DNA of 64,000 nt from the NCBI GenBank assembly GCA_025201805.1, contig MU619291.1, positions 8,397-72,396 of the forward strand, written 5' to 3'. Origin of the DNA: Parasitella parasitica NRRL 2501 (taxonomy: Eukaryota > Fungi > Mucoromycota). The position numbers and the translations under genes were made by a program. Positions 30,201 to 41,864 of the stretch are shown piece after piece (positions within the stretch are counted from its first letter, which is position 1; each line of letters starts with the position of its first letter). The notes below the pieces were generated by a model that was given only the letters and a program-made list of their open reading frames with translations, was not told where the DNA came from and made no database searches.

Positions 30201-31106
30201 ATGATATGCTCTATCATGGCAGGACCATATTCTATAAACCCATTCAATTGTCCTGCTCGATATGCTACCATAATAATAACTTACCAAACTTGATATTAAG
30301 CAACTTCTTTAACGTATCTTTAGGACCAGCAGATCGTAATCCCGTTCTTAATTCATCCACCTCAACTTTTTTGAAATCATTTAGTACTGTCTGTGCATTA
30401 TATGTTTCTCCAACAGCAATGTTTAGTGTCTCGGTAGCGGGGACGTTACGCAACAAGGCCAAAATACAATATTGATGATCTGTGAGTATAATGTTACCCT
30501 GATTGCAGCACAGTATCAGTTCTACTACCATATAACCAAATACAACAATTACTTACAGAAGCATAGAATTCACAGATAATGTGGTATCCAATGCCCATTT
30601 CCCCGCCGGCAAACTCGAAATCAACGATACGATCAACACCTAATTGACGAACGTTGGTGAGACGTCTAGTGCGAAGATGCTTACGAAGCTATTTCCATTA
30701 TATTAGTCTCCAATAATCCGTTTGATGATAATTCGCTCACCTTGGCACAGAATGGAGTTGGAGTTACTGACTTGTCTCGACTAAATTGGGTGGTATGGAT
30801 ACGGGTGCCAGATTCAACCAAGACGAGTTCCTTGTTATCAGGCTACCCGATTTGTGTTAGTTATATAAATTTACACAACTGCTGTTTTTGCTCCACTGTA
30901 AGGCCTCAGTAGCATACCTTGGCAAATTTGAAGAGAAATGTCTTGTTATTTACATCGTAAATATTCTGCAGACGAATGCCAATAAGTCTACATGACGTGT
31001 TTAGCATGTAAAATGTGCAAAGTCGATACAGAGTTTACTAGACATACCTTTCTCGAAGATTAATGACAGTAGCACGGATATCCAAGGCATTGAAACGTTG
31101 CTTCAT
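27241..31106 (-). CDS. RQC2: Ribosome quality-control subunit NEMF/Rqc2 (Tae2), multi-exon
   Basis: N-terminus [58 protein letters not shown]; [66 protein letters not shown]; C-terminal [16 protein letters not shown]. Confidence 0.96.
28335..28397 (-). repeat. Coding (GAGTCA)n hexamer microsatellite encoding a Ser-Asp tract in NEMF
   Basis: gtcagagtcagagtcagagtcagagtcagagtcagagccggagtctgagtgcgagtcagaatc seen directly. Confidence 0.8.
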
Positions 31107-31472
31107 TGTTTGATTTTGATATTGAAGTAACAAGAAGGGCAGCAAGAAACTGTTTTCGACCTATTTTTAATGCTTTTCTTCACCCAATCACTTGCCGCTG
31201 CCGTAGTTGCTAACCGCAGCAAATTTGATAGCCTTCATGTACCGTATACGACTCCGATGGTCCATCACCCATAGTTGCCTGGTACATGATCCATACCAAT
31301 GCCATGACTTGCTTTGAAGAAGAGACGTCGATGCACACAGCCACCAGCACGTGAATTGAAAATTTTTGTCCAATTTTTTTTTTTCTATTCCTATTGAATT
31401 GACGTGCTTCCCCCTTACAATAGAGGCCTTCTTTTTTTAACCTTCGCGAGCGAACCCTTATAGATATCAACC
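31107..31472. promoter_or_regulatory. Divergent RQC2 / eIF3c promoter with RRPE-like TGAAAATTTTT (31357-31367) and E-box CACGTG (31348-31353)
   Basis: 366-bp head-to-head spacer. Motifs read directly; RRPE is established upstream of ribosome-biogenesis/translation genes in ascomycete yeasts. Confidence 0.5.
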
Positions 31473-34113
31473 ATGTCTCGTTTCTTCCGTAGTTCAGACA
31501 CTGAATCTGACTCTGACACTTCTTCTGACAATGACTCTCAATACTCTCAATCCGATTCTGAATACGATTCCGATGCCGAGAGTTATCACTCTGAAGCTGA
31601 AGAAGAACAACCCAAGAACCGTTTCTTGAAGGGTGGAAGTGATTCTGACGACTCTGACGATGAATCCAGCAATAAACGTCAAGCCAAATCTCAAAAAGAT
31701 AAAAGAATCGAGGAAATGGAAACTGCCGTAAAGGCTATCGAGAATGGTCAAAAGAATAACGACTGGAATTTGATTTCTTCTGGTAATAGGGTTGTTTAAA
31801 CAGGTTACCATGGCAACTGATATTAATTTGCCTCTGGTTCATAGAATTCGATAAGCTTACTGTCGCCACCTCAAGAGCTACTACTGGCTTTAACGCCATT
31901 CCTATGCCCAAGTTTTATATCAAGACTATGGTTGATCTAGAAGATTATTTAACGGATAGTCTTCAAAAGGAAAAAGGCAGTAAGAAAAAGTCATCTGGTA
32001 ACAGCAAGGCCATGAACAACCTGAAGCAGAAACTTAAAAAGCTTGCCAAACAATTTGATGAACCCATCGCTTCTTACAGAAAGGTAAAATTAAATGATAA
32101 CAAGAAAAAAATTTTTTTTATCCGTTGTTAATACTCAATGCTACTTCTGTAGGATCCCGAGGAATTTATGAAGGAAGAGGTGGTTGAGGAAGAGCCTGTT
32201 GCTGCTCCTGCTGCAAATAGAGAAATTCCTAATCAAGTTGCTCTCGAAGATAAAGATGATGGTTTCTCCTCCGTTGGAAAGGGTGGTAAGACTGTCGTTT
32301 CTATCTCTTTCGAGAATGTTTTGGTTCGTTTGAAAGAAATTTTGGAAAGTCGTGGTAAAAAGGTAAAATGACACTTGATGCAGCATTAGATTCATGAAAT
32401 TAAGCAAAAAAAAAAAAAAAAAATACGCTGTAGAACACCAATCGCGAAGAGCAGATTGCTACTTTGGAGGCATTGTTGGAGAATTCCAAGTCGTCTTTCC
32501 AAAAGATTTCTGTTTTATTAGCTCTCATTGCCTCTCGCTTCGATATTACTGCTTCTAAAGCGCCTTATATGGATCTTTCTGTTTGGAAGGCTTCTGCCAC
32601 CGAATTCAATCAACTTCTTCAAATCCTCGAAACTAACAAATCTTTTGTTGTCACTGAAGACGCTGAAGATCTCGACAATGACGATAAAGACGTTGTTCCA
32701 AAGGATGGTGAAGTTATCAAGATTCGTGGTTCTATCCTTAGCTTTGTCGAACGTTTAGATGACGAATTCAACAAGTCTCTTCAAAACATTGATCCCCATG
32801 CTACTGATTACATTGATCGTCTTAGAGACGAGCCTGCTCTCTATGCTATGCTGGACCGCTCTCAACTTTATTTTGAAGTCAATCATATTGACTTTGCTCT
32901 TCCTAGAATCATCTCTCGTAAATTGGATCATGTTTACTACAAGCCTGAGCAGGTTATAGGCTCCCTTCAAGCTGCTAGCAAGCAACTTTTGCCCAGTTAT
33001 GTTGTTTCCAAAATTACGAACACTGAAGACCCTGCCGAGTTTGTTAATCAACTTTGTAACTACCTTTATAAGGACAACTCTTCTGTTTTCCGTACTCGTG
33101 CTATCCTCTGTCATATTTATCACTATGCTCTCCACAAAAAGTTCCACACTGCTCGCGATTTGTTGCTCATGTCTCATGTTCAGGATTCTATCCACCAAGC
33201 TGATATTGGTACTCAAATCTTGTATAACCGTGCTATGGTTCAAATTGGTATCTGTGCTTTCCGTGATGGCCTAATCAAGGAATCTCATGCTGCACTTTCT
33301 GAAATTCAAGGCTCTGGCCGTGTCAAAGAGCTTTTGGCCCAAGGTGTTCAAGCACAACGTTTCGGTCAACCCTCCAACCCTGAGGCAGAAGCCATTGAAC
33401 GTCAACGCCAATTGCCCTTCCACATGCACATCAACTTGGAGCTTCTTGAATGCATTTTCTTGACTTCTTCTATGCTCTTGGAAATCCCTGCTCAAGCACA
33501 GGCTGGACCTAACAACAAGAAATTCATTTCCAGACCATTCCGTAGATTGCTTGACTATAATGAACGTCAAGCCTTCTGTGGTCCTCCTGAAAACACCAGA
33601 GATCATATCATGAGTGCTGCCAAGGCATTGGCTTCTGGTGAATGGGAAAAAGCCAAAGACTTTATTTTAGCTATCAAGGTTTGGGATTTAATGACTGAAA
33701 CTCAAGAAATCAAGGACATGCTCATTCGCAAGATTCAAGAAGAAGGTCTTCGTACCTATTTGTTCACTTACTGTTCTTATTACACTACATTGGGATTGGC
33801 CCAATTGTCCAGCATGTTCGATTTATCTGTCAATAGTGTCTCTGCTATTGTTGCCAAAATGATTTTCAATGAAGAGTTGTCCGCATCACTAGATCAAGTT
33901 ACTCAATGCATTGCTCTCCATCAAGTTGAACTTTCTAGACTCCAAGTTTTGTCTTTGCAATATTCTGAAAAGGTTGCTAACCTTGTTGATCAAAATGAAC
34001 GTTTAACATCCACCGGTAGAGACAACGCAAACACTAACACCAACAATAACAGCAGCAACGTAAATAATATCAGTAACCACAACCACACTCACAACAGCTA
34101 CAGAAATCATTAA
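31473..34113 (+). CDS. NIP1: Translation initiation factor eIF3 subunit c, 4 exons
   Basis: MSRFF plus acidic Ser-rich N-terminus, KSQKDKR, ERLDDEFNKSLQNIDPH, QILYNRAMVQIGICAFR, PFHMHINLELLEC, GPPENTRDH, PCI-domain KIQEEGLRTYL. Confidence 0.97.
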
Positions 34114-34779
34114 TTAGAAGACCATACAATTGAAAACATCTAATTTCCTCTCTTCCTCCTTTCCTTTTTCTCTTTACACAACTCTTTTTATTTTTTTATT
34201 TTTTTTTTTTTGGTCTTTATTTTAAACATTTGGAAAAAATATATACAAAGGCTTTTTTTTTTTTTTTTGTCTTGAAGTTTGCTTGTAAATGTTAAAAGAC
34301 AAGAATTTTCTTATCTTCAAGTATCGATTATACTGTTGTATGAAATGTCTAGAAAATTGCAATTATAATGACGAGTCTAAGGCTTGATTAGCTACACGAT
34401 GAGATTTATAATATTATGACTGACCTCTTGCATTATCTTAACTTAAGATTTGTACTTCTACTAGACATTGTAGGAACCTTTGCAACACAATTTCGGAGAT
34501 TCAACATATGATTCTTTTTGGCATCTAACCACGTAAGGTTTTTAATTTTAAGTCTGCTTCATAATTGACCTCTTTAGTTTTCATTGTATTTATTGAGATT
34601 ATACTTATAAAGATCAATCCTTGAAATTCAATGTAACACCAACCTCCTGTCAAAATCTCAATAACCAAACGAATACAATAAAGTACATATGCCAAAGTAA
34701 GATGTTCTCTTAAATACGTTGGTAAATCGTAAATTCATAGTTCTTCAGAACAGTTATGTACACTGATACCATTTATTCA

Positions 34780-35601
34780 TTATACAGCACGCTTAACCTC
34801 AAAAAAGTGTTTAAGATAATGTACCTGCCAGAAGCAAACTACAATCAGCAATACAATTTGAGCGACAGACCACCATTTAACACGAGTGTTGGTACTTTCA
34901 GCAGCTGCACAATAAATGAATATTTTGTAACAAAAATAGAAATAAAACAAAGGTACTTACTATCTCTATGTCTACGCTCGCGAGCGACAATATACTCTTG
35001 CTCAGCCTTAACAGCAAGTATACTATCGGCTAATTCTTCAATTTCATTCTTGAGAGGGTCTTCTTTATCTATTTCGTATTTAAATTAATCCATCATCTAT
35101 AATTAAACAACTGGGCCTTACTATTTTCGTCAACAGCATTTTTCAGATTGATATTAGCATTGAAGTTAACTGACTTGGCGGAAACTGTCGAAATTTTGTT
35201 GGAGAAACAGTATGTATATCTGCCAGCTTTGTTGGCAGTTACACTTTTTGATGCTTTAGTCTTTTTAATGCTGCTAAGGATAACATTATTCTCAGGGTCA
35301 GAGATCTATTGATACATGACAATTAGAAATAAGGACACCTGTCATCTTGTTTTGTCTACTTACCCAAAAATCAATATCTAAATTTCCACCTTCCCCAACC
35401 TATTTGCATGTTTTAGTATTGAACTGAAGAATTTAGCTTTCTAGTAGTATTTACCTGGAAGGTCACTGCCAATTTATCTCCTTTACCGAGCTCTTCATAA
35501 AAACATTCGTTATCGTGTGGTTGAATGTCAATACTCATGGCCAACGTTGTCTTTAAAAGACAAGCGAACGCAACAAATAATACAACAAGTCTGATGTACA
35601 T
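34780..35601 (-). CDS. EMP24: p24/Emp24 (TMED2-like) GOLD-domain cargo receptor, multi-exon
   Basis: Signal peptide, ECFYEEL, FQVGEGGNLDIDFW, GRYTYCFSNKISTVSAKSVNF, AEQEYIVARERRHR, AESTNTRVKWWS..QVHYLKHFFEVKRAV* (stop at 34780). Confidence 0.92.
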
Positions 35602-36678
35602 TACTATTGTTCAGTATACAAATGAAAAAGCATCATTTTTTGTTGGAATTGACGCGTTTGTTTGTGGTTCCAAACTCCTGCGTTTTATGTAGAATTACGG
35701 TACACTGCTTTGTCAAATGCTATTGGCTTGAATTTACATATGCGTAGGCACAAAATTAGTGAAAGTATGCCTACTTGGATGAGTGTATAGCTATGTAAAA
35801 CAGCCTATACGTCAGCTTAATATGATTAGTATTTACTCACTGACCAATACTGTGCTATAATCTAATTTGATAATTAAATGCCAAAGTATGATCTGATTGT
35901 ATTATTCATAGAGTAATTCATGAGAATATATTTTATATACTAGTTTTTTAATAACCATTAATATTAGTAGTTTTGTATTTAATTAATAAATAGTCATTAT
36001 TACTAGTATCTTATTTCTGTTCGACATCAATATCGATATTTTCATGGATAGAAATACTTTTATTATTCCAAATCACTGAGTTGCCGCTATGTTTTCCATA
36101 TTCAATCTCGGGGGGGGGGGAGGGGGTTTCCAGCAGAGACTATGAGCAAACGTTTGAAATTATGAAAATCAAACCTGTTTTTTAATTGCAACGAAATGAT
36201 ACCTATTATTGTCATACCATCAATTATGATTCCCGCCCGATATATATATTGTGGAGATCTACACTGTTGTGCCCGGCCTTGGATATAAGCACAGAAGCAC
36301 TGTTTATGATCAAAGATATAAGAAAGTAATGAAGACTTAATTACCTCATACAACCGTTGATTTTATTGATGAATAATGTGAGTTGTCTATTTATATCAGA
36401 GCAGATTAACAAATTAATTGAAATAATATGAATATACAATTCAGATCCTGGAACGGCTACCTTCACAATTGAGTTAAATAGAGGGGTAGCTATGGTATTA
36501 TATAAGCATACAGCAATTTTATACTGAATTTCTATCTGGTTTCAAGATTGGTAATCTTCCGCAATGATCTCTCAAGCATTATAACTTTTTATTTTTACTA
36601 CCATTCTAGTAACATTTATTATATTATTGAAAGTAACCATTCATTTTACCAAAAATAGAGACGGTCGAGGCCAAATGT

Positions 36679-36771
36679 ATCCAATAAAATAGCTAGAAAT
36701 AGTGTAATGAGCCAATAAAAATGCTAGAAATAGTGTAATGATCCAATAAGAGTGCTCAAAATAGTGTAACT
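36679..36771. repeat. Three tandem 31-bp repeats upstream of the Zisupton-like gene (candidate subterminal repeats)
   Basis: atccaataaaatagctagaaatagtgtaatg / agccaataaaaatgctagaaatagtgtaatg / atccaataagagtgctcaaaatagtgtaact. Confidence 0.85.
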
Positions 36772-37051
36772 GATTATATATTAAAGTAAACACTGCAGAG
36801 TCTGAACATTCTGCCGGCTGTAAAGTAAACAATTCTGTTACCCCGTTAATTGATTGTACCTTTTTCGATTTGACATTTCTACATATAAGTAAATTTTTCA
36901 CTTGAAAGGCTAATTTTCTTTTCTCTTCTTTTCACAAACATATTATTATAAATTCAAGTATGTCTTAAAAAATTTAAGAAAGCATTTTTAAACAATCTTG
37001 GATGTTCGACGAAGCAGTTACTGACTCAATTAATGAAATAAACTAGAAACA

Positions 37052-40000
37052 ATGCCTTACAACACACCTGCAAAGAACGGCCGTCCGACTGGTTCAAAAA
37101 GCAAGCATGGATCCAAGACTCCAGGTCCCAAACCGGCTCATTTAGTGAACCAGCCCCGATTAAGCTTCCCAGTTGCTGTTCAAGCAACAAGAAACATTCT
37201 TGGGAGCGAAACACTATCTGCAGTGGACGCAGTGGCAGTAAACTTAAAACAGCCTTTGAGTAATGAAAAAGATGCAGCAGAAAACATTGATGAGGTGAGC
37301 CATATAGATTTTTTCAATGGTTATGATTTCCTAATGTACTTTATCATAATAGATTGTCGAAGAAGAGACAATCCACAATAAAAAATATCAAGTAATTAAA
37401 GACTTCGAAGGCCTCTCTGTTGACACTGAACACAACGCCATTTCCAATAATAGCGAAAATGAGGTACTACACCAACTTATAGTATGACTGAGTTAGCAAC
37501 CTGATACATTGTTAATTTTAGGCTGACAAGAGTGTTGTCGACAATCAAGCTGAATTAATAAATGAAGGTGATCGATTTGAGAATAACGAAGAAGCAATAG
37601 TCGATGAGCTTACTGAAGAGCAATTTCACTCGATTGAAAATCAAATCTCGGAGATTCCTGAAAATGGATGGCTTGACAAGTATCTTGGGTCAATTCAAGA
37701 GAAGCTCAAAGGTGGTGCCGAACCCGATGAATACAAGAAGGGCACACTATGGATTAATCCTTCTAACGCATCTCTCGTATTAAAGAGAAAATTGGATCCT
37801 GAATTGCTTTACCTGCCTAGAGTGTGCATATGGCTTCCACAATTTCTGGCCAAGACGCCCTTAAAATGCCCAACTTGTCAAAAGTCCCTTCTCGCTAAAG
37901 AATGGGTACAAAAGACAAAGGCCAGAAGAATCATCGATTTGGAAGAGTAAGTCAAACAAATATTTACAATTTTAATTTAAAACTTCTACTACTGGATGCA
38001 TTGACGAATGTCTTTTTTAGCTGCTTCTATCTTTTAAGTGTTAGATTCAAATGTACCAACAAGACAAACGTACATACTTTCATGGGATATCGATCTGAAA
38101 TCGTAAAACAGTTGCCTGCGCATGTTCGAGCTGATTTCCCCGCTGTGTTGACACATCGCTCCGGGTTCTCTACACAGCTCGTGAGATTGTTGCGCCCACA
38201 GTTCCAAAACGCAACTGGCCCCCATAGAATGCACCAAATTCTAAGGATAAACCATACAGAAAGATTTGATACAATTCAGTTCCAGTACTATGATGCTGTA
38301 AAAGACAAGCTAAGAGAACAATTCAAGGCCAAAGCATTAATCGGCAACTCATCACCTGCAACAGTATATCCGAAATTTTCATCATTTGGTGACAAGAATG
38401 GGTATAATGGATATGTACCTTCAGCAAATTATTTAAGTCATGTATACTGCTCTATTATAGCCGAACTAAGACCTTACATGGACCAGCATGCTTCATTGTT
38501 AGACGGTGTCGTCCTAAAAGGAGACCATTCTTTTAAGGTATGATATATACATCACACATAAAATTGTGGTACTCAATTTTTGAACTATAGATCATTGATC
38601 ATATGGCCAAAATAAATGGCGTATCTACGTTTTCCTGTCTCTACACTGTATTGAACGAGTATGAAGAAATTCGTCTTCAAGTGCTCGCGCCCACTAAATC
38701 GTTGGATCATCTGGCTTCTTCTTTTAACAATATGATGGAAAGCTACACCAGATATGGATTTCAGATGCCTGAGGTTTTTTACACAGACAATGTGATTGGA
38801 GATAGATTGTTCCTGGAGTCTGCTATCCCTTCATTGAAAAAGGATGTTGTCCATACCAAGCCCACTCTCGCGGAACAGATCAATACAAATTGCCCATTCA
38901 AGAATTTTCCTTTGGCTGAATTACCTGATAATATTACTGTTTCTGTGTTAGATACGAATGATGCTATAAACCATGCTTGTCAGAAGCTTCTCGATTGTTG
39001 TTTTCAACAGGGCAGTATTGCAATTGGATTTGACTGCGAGTGGGCAGTTCGAGGAGGAAGATCTGCTGTGCCTATAAGCGAACAAGCAAGACTAAAATTT
39101 GTGCCTGTTGCTTTAGTTCAAATTGCTTACCAAGATTTAATCTATTTAATGAGGATACATACGTTTGATCATGACAAACTACCAAAACAATTAAGTGAAC
39201 TGATTGTCAACCCCAAGGTTCTTAAAATTGGAAAGAATGTGAATGGAGATCTTTCAAGGTTCAAGTACTTTGGTATTAATCACTTCCCCGGTCAATTGGA
39301 GCTCGGTACCTTTTGCAAGGATAAGGATCTGATTGAAAGAAGAGGCTCTTCACTTGCTGACATTTGTGGGTTTGTTTTGAAAGTACAATTACCCAAAACA
39401 AACTTGATTCGCTGCGGTAACTGGGAGGCACAGGTTCTAAATGAAGAACAAATCAAGTATGCTGCTCTGGACGCCTGGGTCTCTTTAGAAATCTACAACA
39501 GGTTCAAATCAATGCCTACAGTCCACCAAAAGGTATCGGGAAAAACAAGAGCTAGCTCCTTTGTCGCAGTTCATCTTGAAAATACTGCTAAATCATCAGT
39601 TGCTGCCTTGGGATTTCTATGTGATGATGATTCATCAATTTCTGATGAACAATACGAAGCAGCTGATACGCACGGCGCTGTAAAGATGAAGGTAGTCAAG
39701 ACTATGATTCCTGGTTTTCCGTTGGATTGTTATGATGGTTTGACCTTGAGTGATTTTACTGGTAATCCATGCACCATGTACATCAAATACAAGTATTTAT
39801 TTACGGCGTCAGAAAGGGTTTATTACTCTGCAACCAAACCAGTCGAACCTACCCAACCTGCCATAACTATTCACAATTCAGATGAAGAAACGCCAATTCC
39901 TTCCCGTGTTTTGAAAGATGGCTTCCATTTAATGGACATGATCAAAATCTCCAAGTCCCATGGAATGCATAAAGATTTTATGAGACGCTTCCGTGATGCC

Positions 40001-41594
40001 TTATATGTTTGCGATCAAGGTGACAAAGCTCTCATCGAAACATTTTTATTGAGCACAGGGACCGACTGGAACACACGGATGCTGTCTAACCCTGCTTGGG
40101 TTTTTGAACGAGTCAGAAGATTTATACCAAAACCAGCCAAGCTCTACCCCACTCTGAAATTCTTATTTGATAGCTACGGCCCATTAAGATGTGAGCATTC
40201 TGGTCGCCAGCTTTTTGATGATGCAGCTAGGGAAATGTCTTTACATATTCTTAAATCTGTAAAAGAAGGGCATGTTTCTGATATCGTTGGTGGTCCTGCT
40301 CTCTACACGGAAAAAGGCCTGGATAAGGACGGTTTGATGACCTACAAGTGTTCGCGAGGAACTAGTTCTGTTGAAGGAGCCTGTCATATGAACATTGTTC
40401 GCAGATTCGCATCATATAATGCATCTACGCGATTAACAGATTCTATTTTGGCTGACTATAGACTATATCATAATATAAACGTAAGTGATTTATCTTTTAG
40501 TATGATTTATAATTTAAAAACTTTACTTTTTTTCTTAGGTCGGGTCTGTTAATCGGTATGGCTTAAAGCATCAAAGCCATTATAGCCCTTGGCTCGTACT
40601 TGCCATCAACATGTTAAGAACAGAGGTTGGTCACGGAACTGTAATGGATTACACTTGTGAGCGTTATGGAAATTTTATAAATTTCAAGCAAACGAATGAA
40701 ACCTTCGGTATTGTAGATATGCCTCGTGTGCTATGCAATGAAATAGGCATAAAGCCTGCAACATTGCAGCTAATACCAAAAGAAAGGCCGGACAAAAAAA
40801 GGATTATGGAACTTGCATCCTTGTCTACCATTCGACTGCCACCGATCGGATACTCTAAAAGCAAATTTATGTATCAATTTCTTTCCAGTTGTCAAGGTAC
40901 ACTTTACGCAGTTGCGGCAGTGCACACAAACGAAGAAAATTTTCTGTTTGAAACACTTTTGAAAACACAAAACCACGAAGATACGCAGATATATCAACCA
41001 TTCAATGCAAAAAAACCAGACTTCCATTTGTTTGCCTTCATATGGAACACCAAGTATTGTCTTGCAAACAGCAATATTTATTACAAAACCCCTGGTCATC
41101 TAAGAGCCTACTACAACATTGTAGAAGATCGTAAAAAATATGGGAACACTGTCTTGAAAAATATTGCAATATCTCAATCTGTCCGTGCGCTTGTCGAAGA
41201 TGCATCAAGGTTTGACACTTCGATTCCGACTTTGTCAGCACCTACTGCTCCACAACAACAACACTTTCCTGCTGGTATACTCTCACCTTTGACCTCTAAA
41301 TTACCAAAAATTTTACCTTTGTATCACTCCAGACAGATCTCAAGCTCACTTTCTTTACCTTTGCCGCGTAACATCACTTCTTCTTTGTCTGTTAATTTTG
41401 CAAGTAAAAAAAGAAAAAGACACTGCACGGTTTGCAAGATCGACGAATGTCCAGGAAGCTCCAAAAGATTTTTTGGTATCAACAAATGTGGAAAATGCAG
41501 ACAAGAAAGCTGCACTGGAAGACATGTTAAGCAGCTCAAAACAAATAGACAAAGCTCTTATCAGCCATTACCATGCTTAAACGCTAAATTTTAA
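37052..41594 (+). CDS. Zisupton/KDZ-like DDE transposase (~1413 aa, 6 exons) with an inserted DEDDy 3'-5' exonuclease
   Basis: Exons 37052-37294, 37353-37463, 37522-37946, 38021-38537, 38591-40480 and 40539-41594 splice at GT-AG into one open frame. Features: AT-hook-like KNGRPTGSK; DUF6729-like LW..P / LYLPRVCIWLP / LKCPTC / RRIIDLEDCFYL..RFKC; core GDHSFK, FYTDN, LKDGFH, YKCSRGTSSVEG; exonuclease GFDCEW, NGDL, YAALDA; C-terminal Cys/His cluster. Confidence 0.8.
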
Positions 41595-41744
41595 CTAACA
41601 ATGAGGGGTGAAGATTCCTGCATAAATCTTTAAATACATTTTCCACAATTCATAAGCAAATTAATTTCTTTTACCTCTATTCCTATTCTTTATTTATATA
41701 ATTATTCCAAATAAATTTTTCAAAAATGTCAAATACCCCTTAAA

Positions 41745-41770
41745 ATTTGGGTGCCCTTGGGCACCCAAAT
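41745..41770. other. Perfect 12-bp-stem hairpin ATTTGGGTGCCC-TT-GGGCACCCAAAT
   Basis: Exact reverse complement checked; GC-rich island in AT-rich DNA 150 bp after the transposase stop codon. Confidence 0.9.
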
Positions 41771-41864
41771 CACTGAATTAAATTCTCAAACCTGCTCAAT
41801 TAAATGCTTATTTTCACGAATGGCCCAACTATGGTTATACGGTCAAAATAGACCAAAAAAAACA

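Noticed and set aside
36108-36130. G-run as a left TIR of the island (similar G-run at ~59847)
   Set aside because: No complementary terminus found; G/C homopolymers also occur in introns and spacers throughout the window.
36679-36771. 31-bp repeats as a CRISPR-like array
   Set aside because: Head-to-tail with no spacers, eukaryotic context and no cas genes.
38603-40552. Annotating the 649-aa ORF as a cellular WRN/EXD2 exonuclease or RecQ helicase
   Set aside because: No helicase motifs; the exonuclease sits between transposase-type D, DxxH and E motifs within a larger spliced ORF.
41745-41770. Hairpin as a Helitron 3' end
   Set aside because: No CTRR terminus at the expected short distance, and no Rep/helicase ORF.
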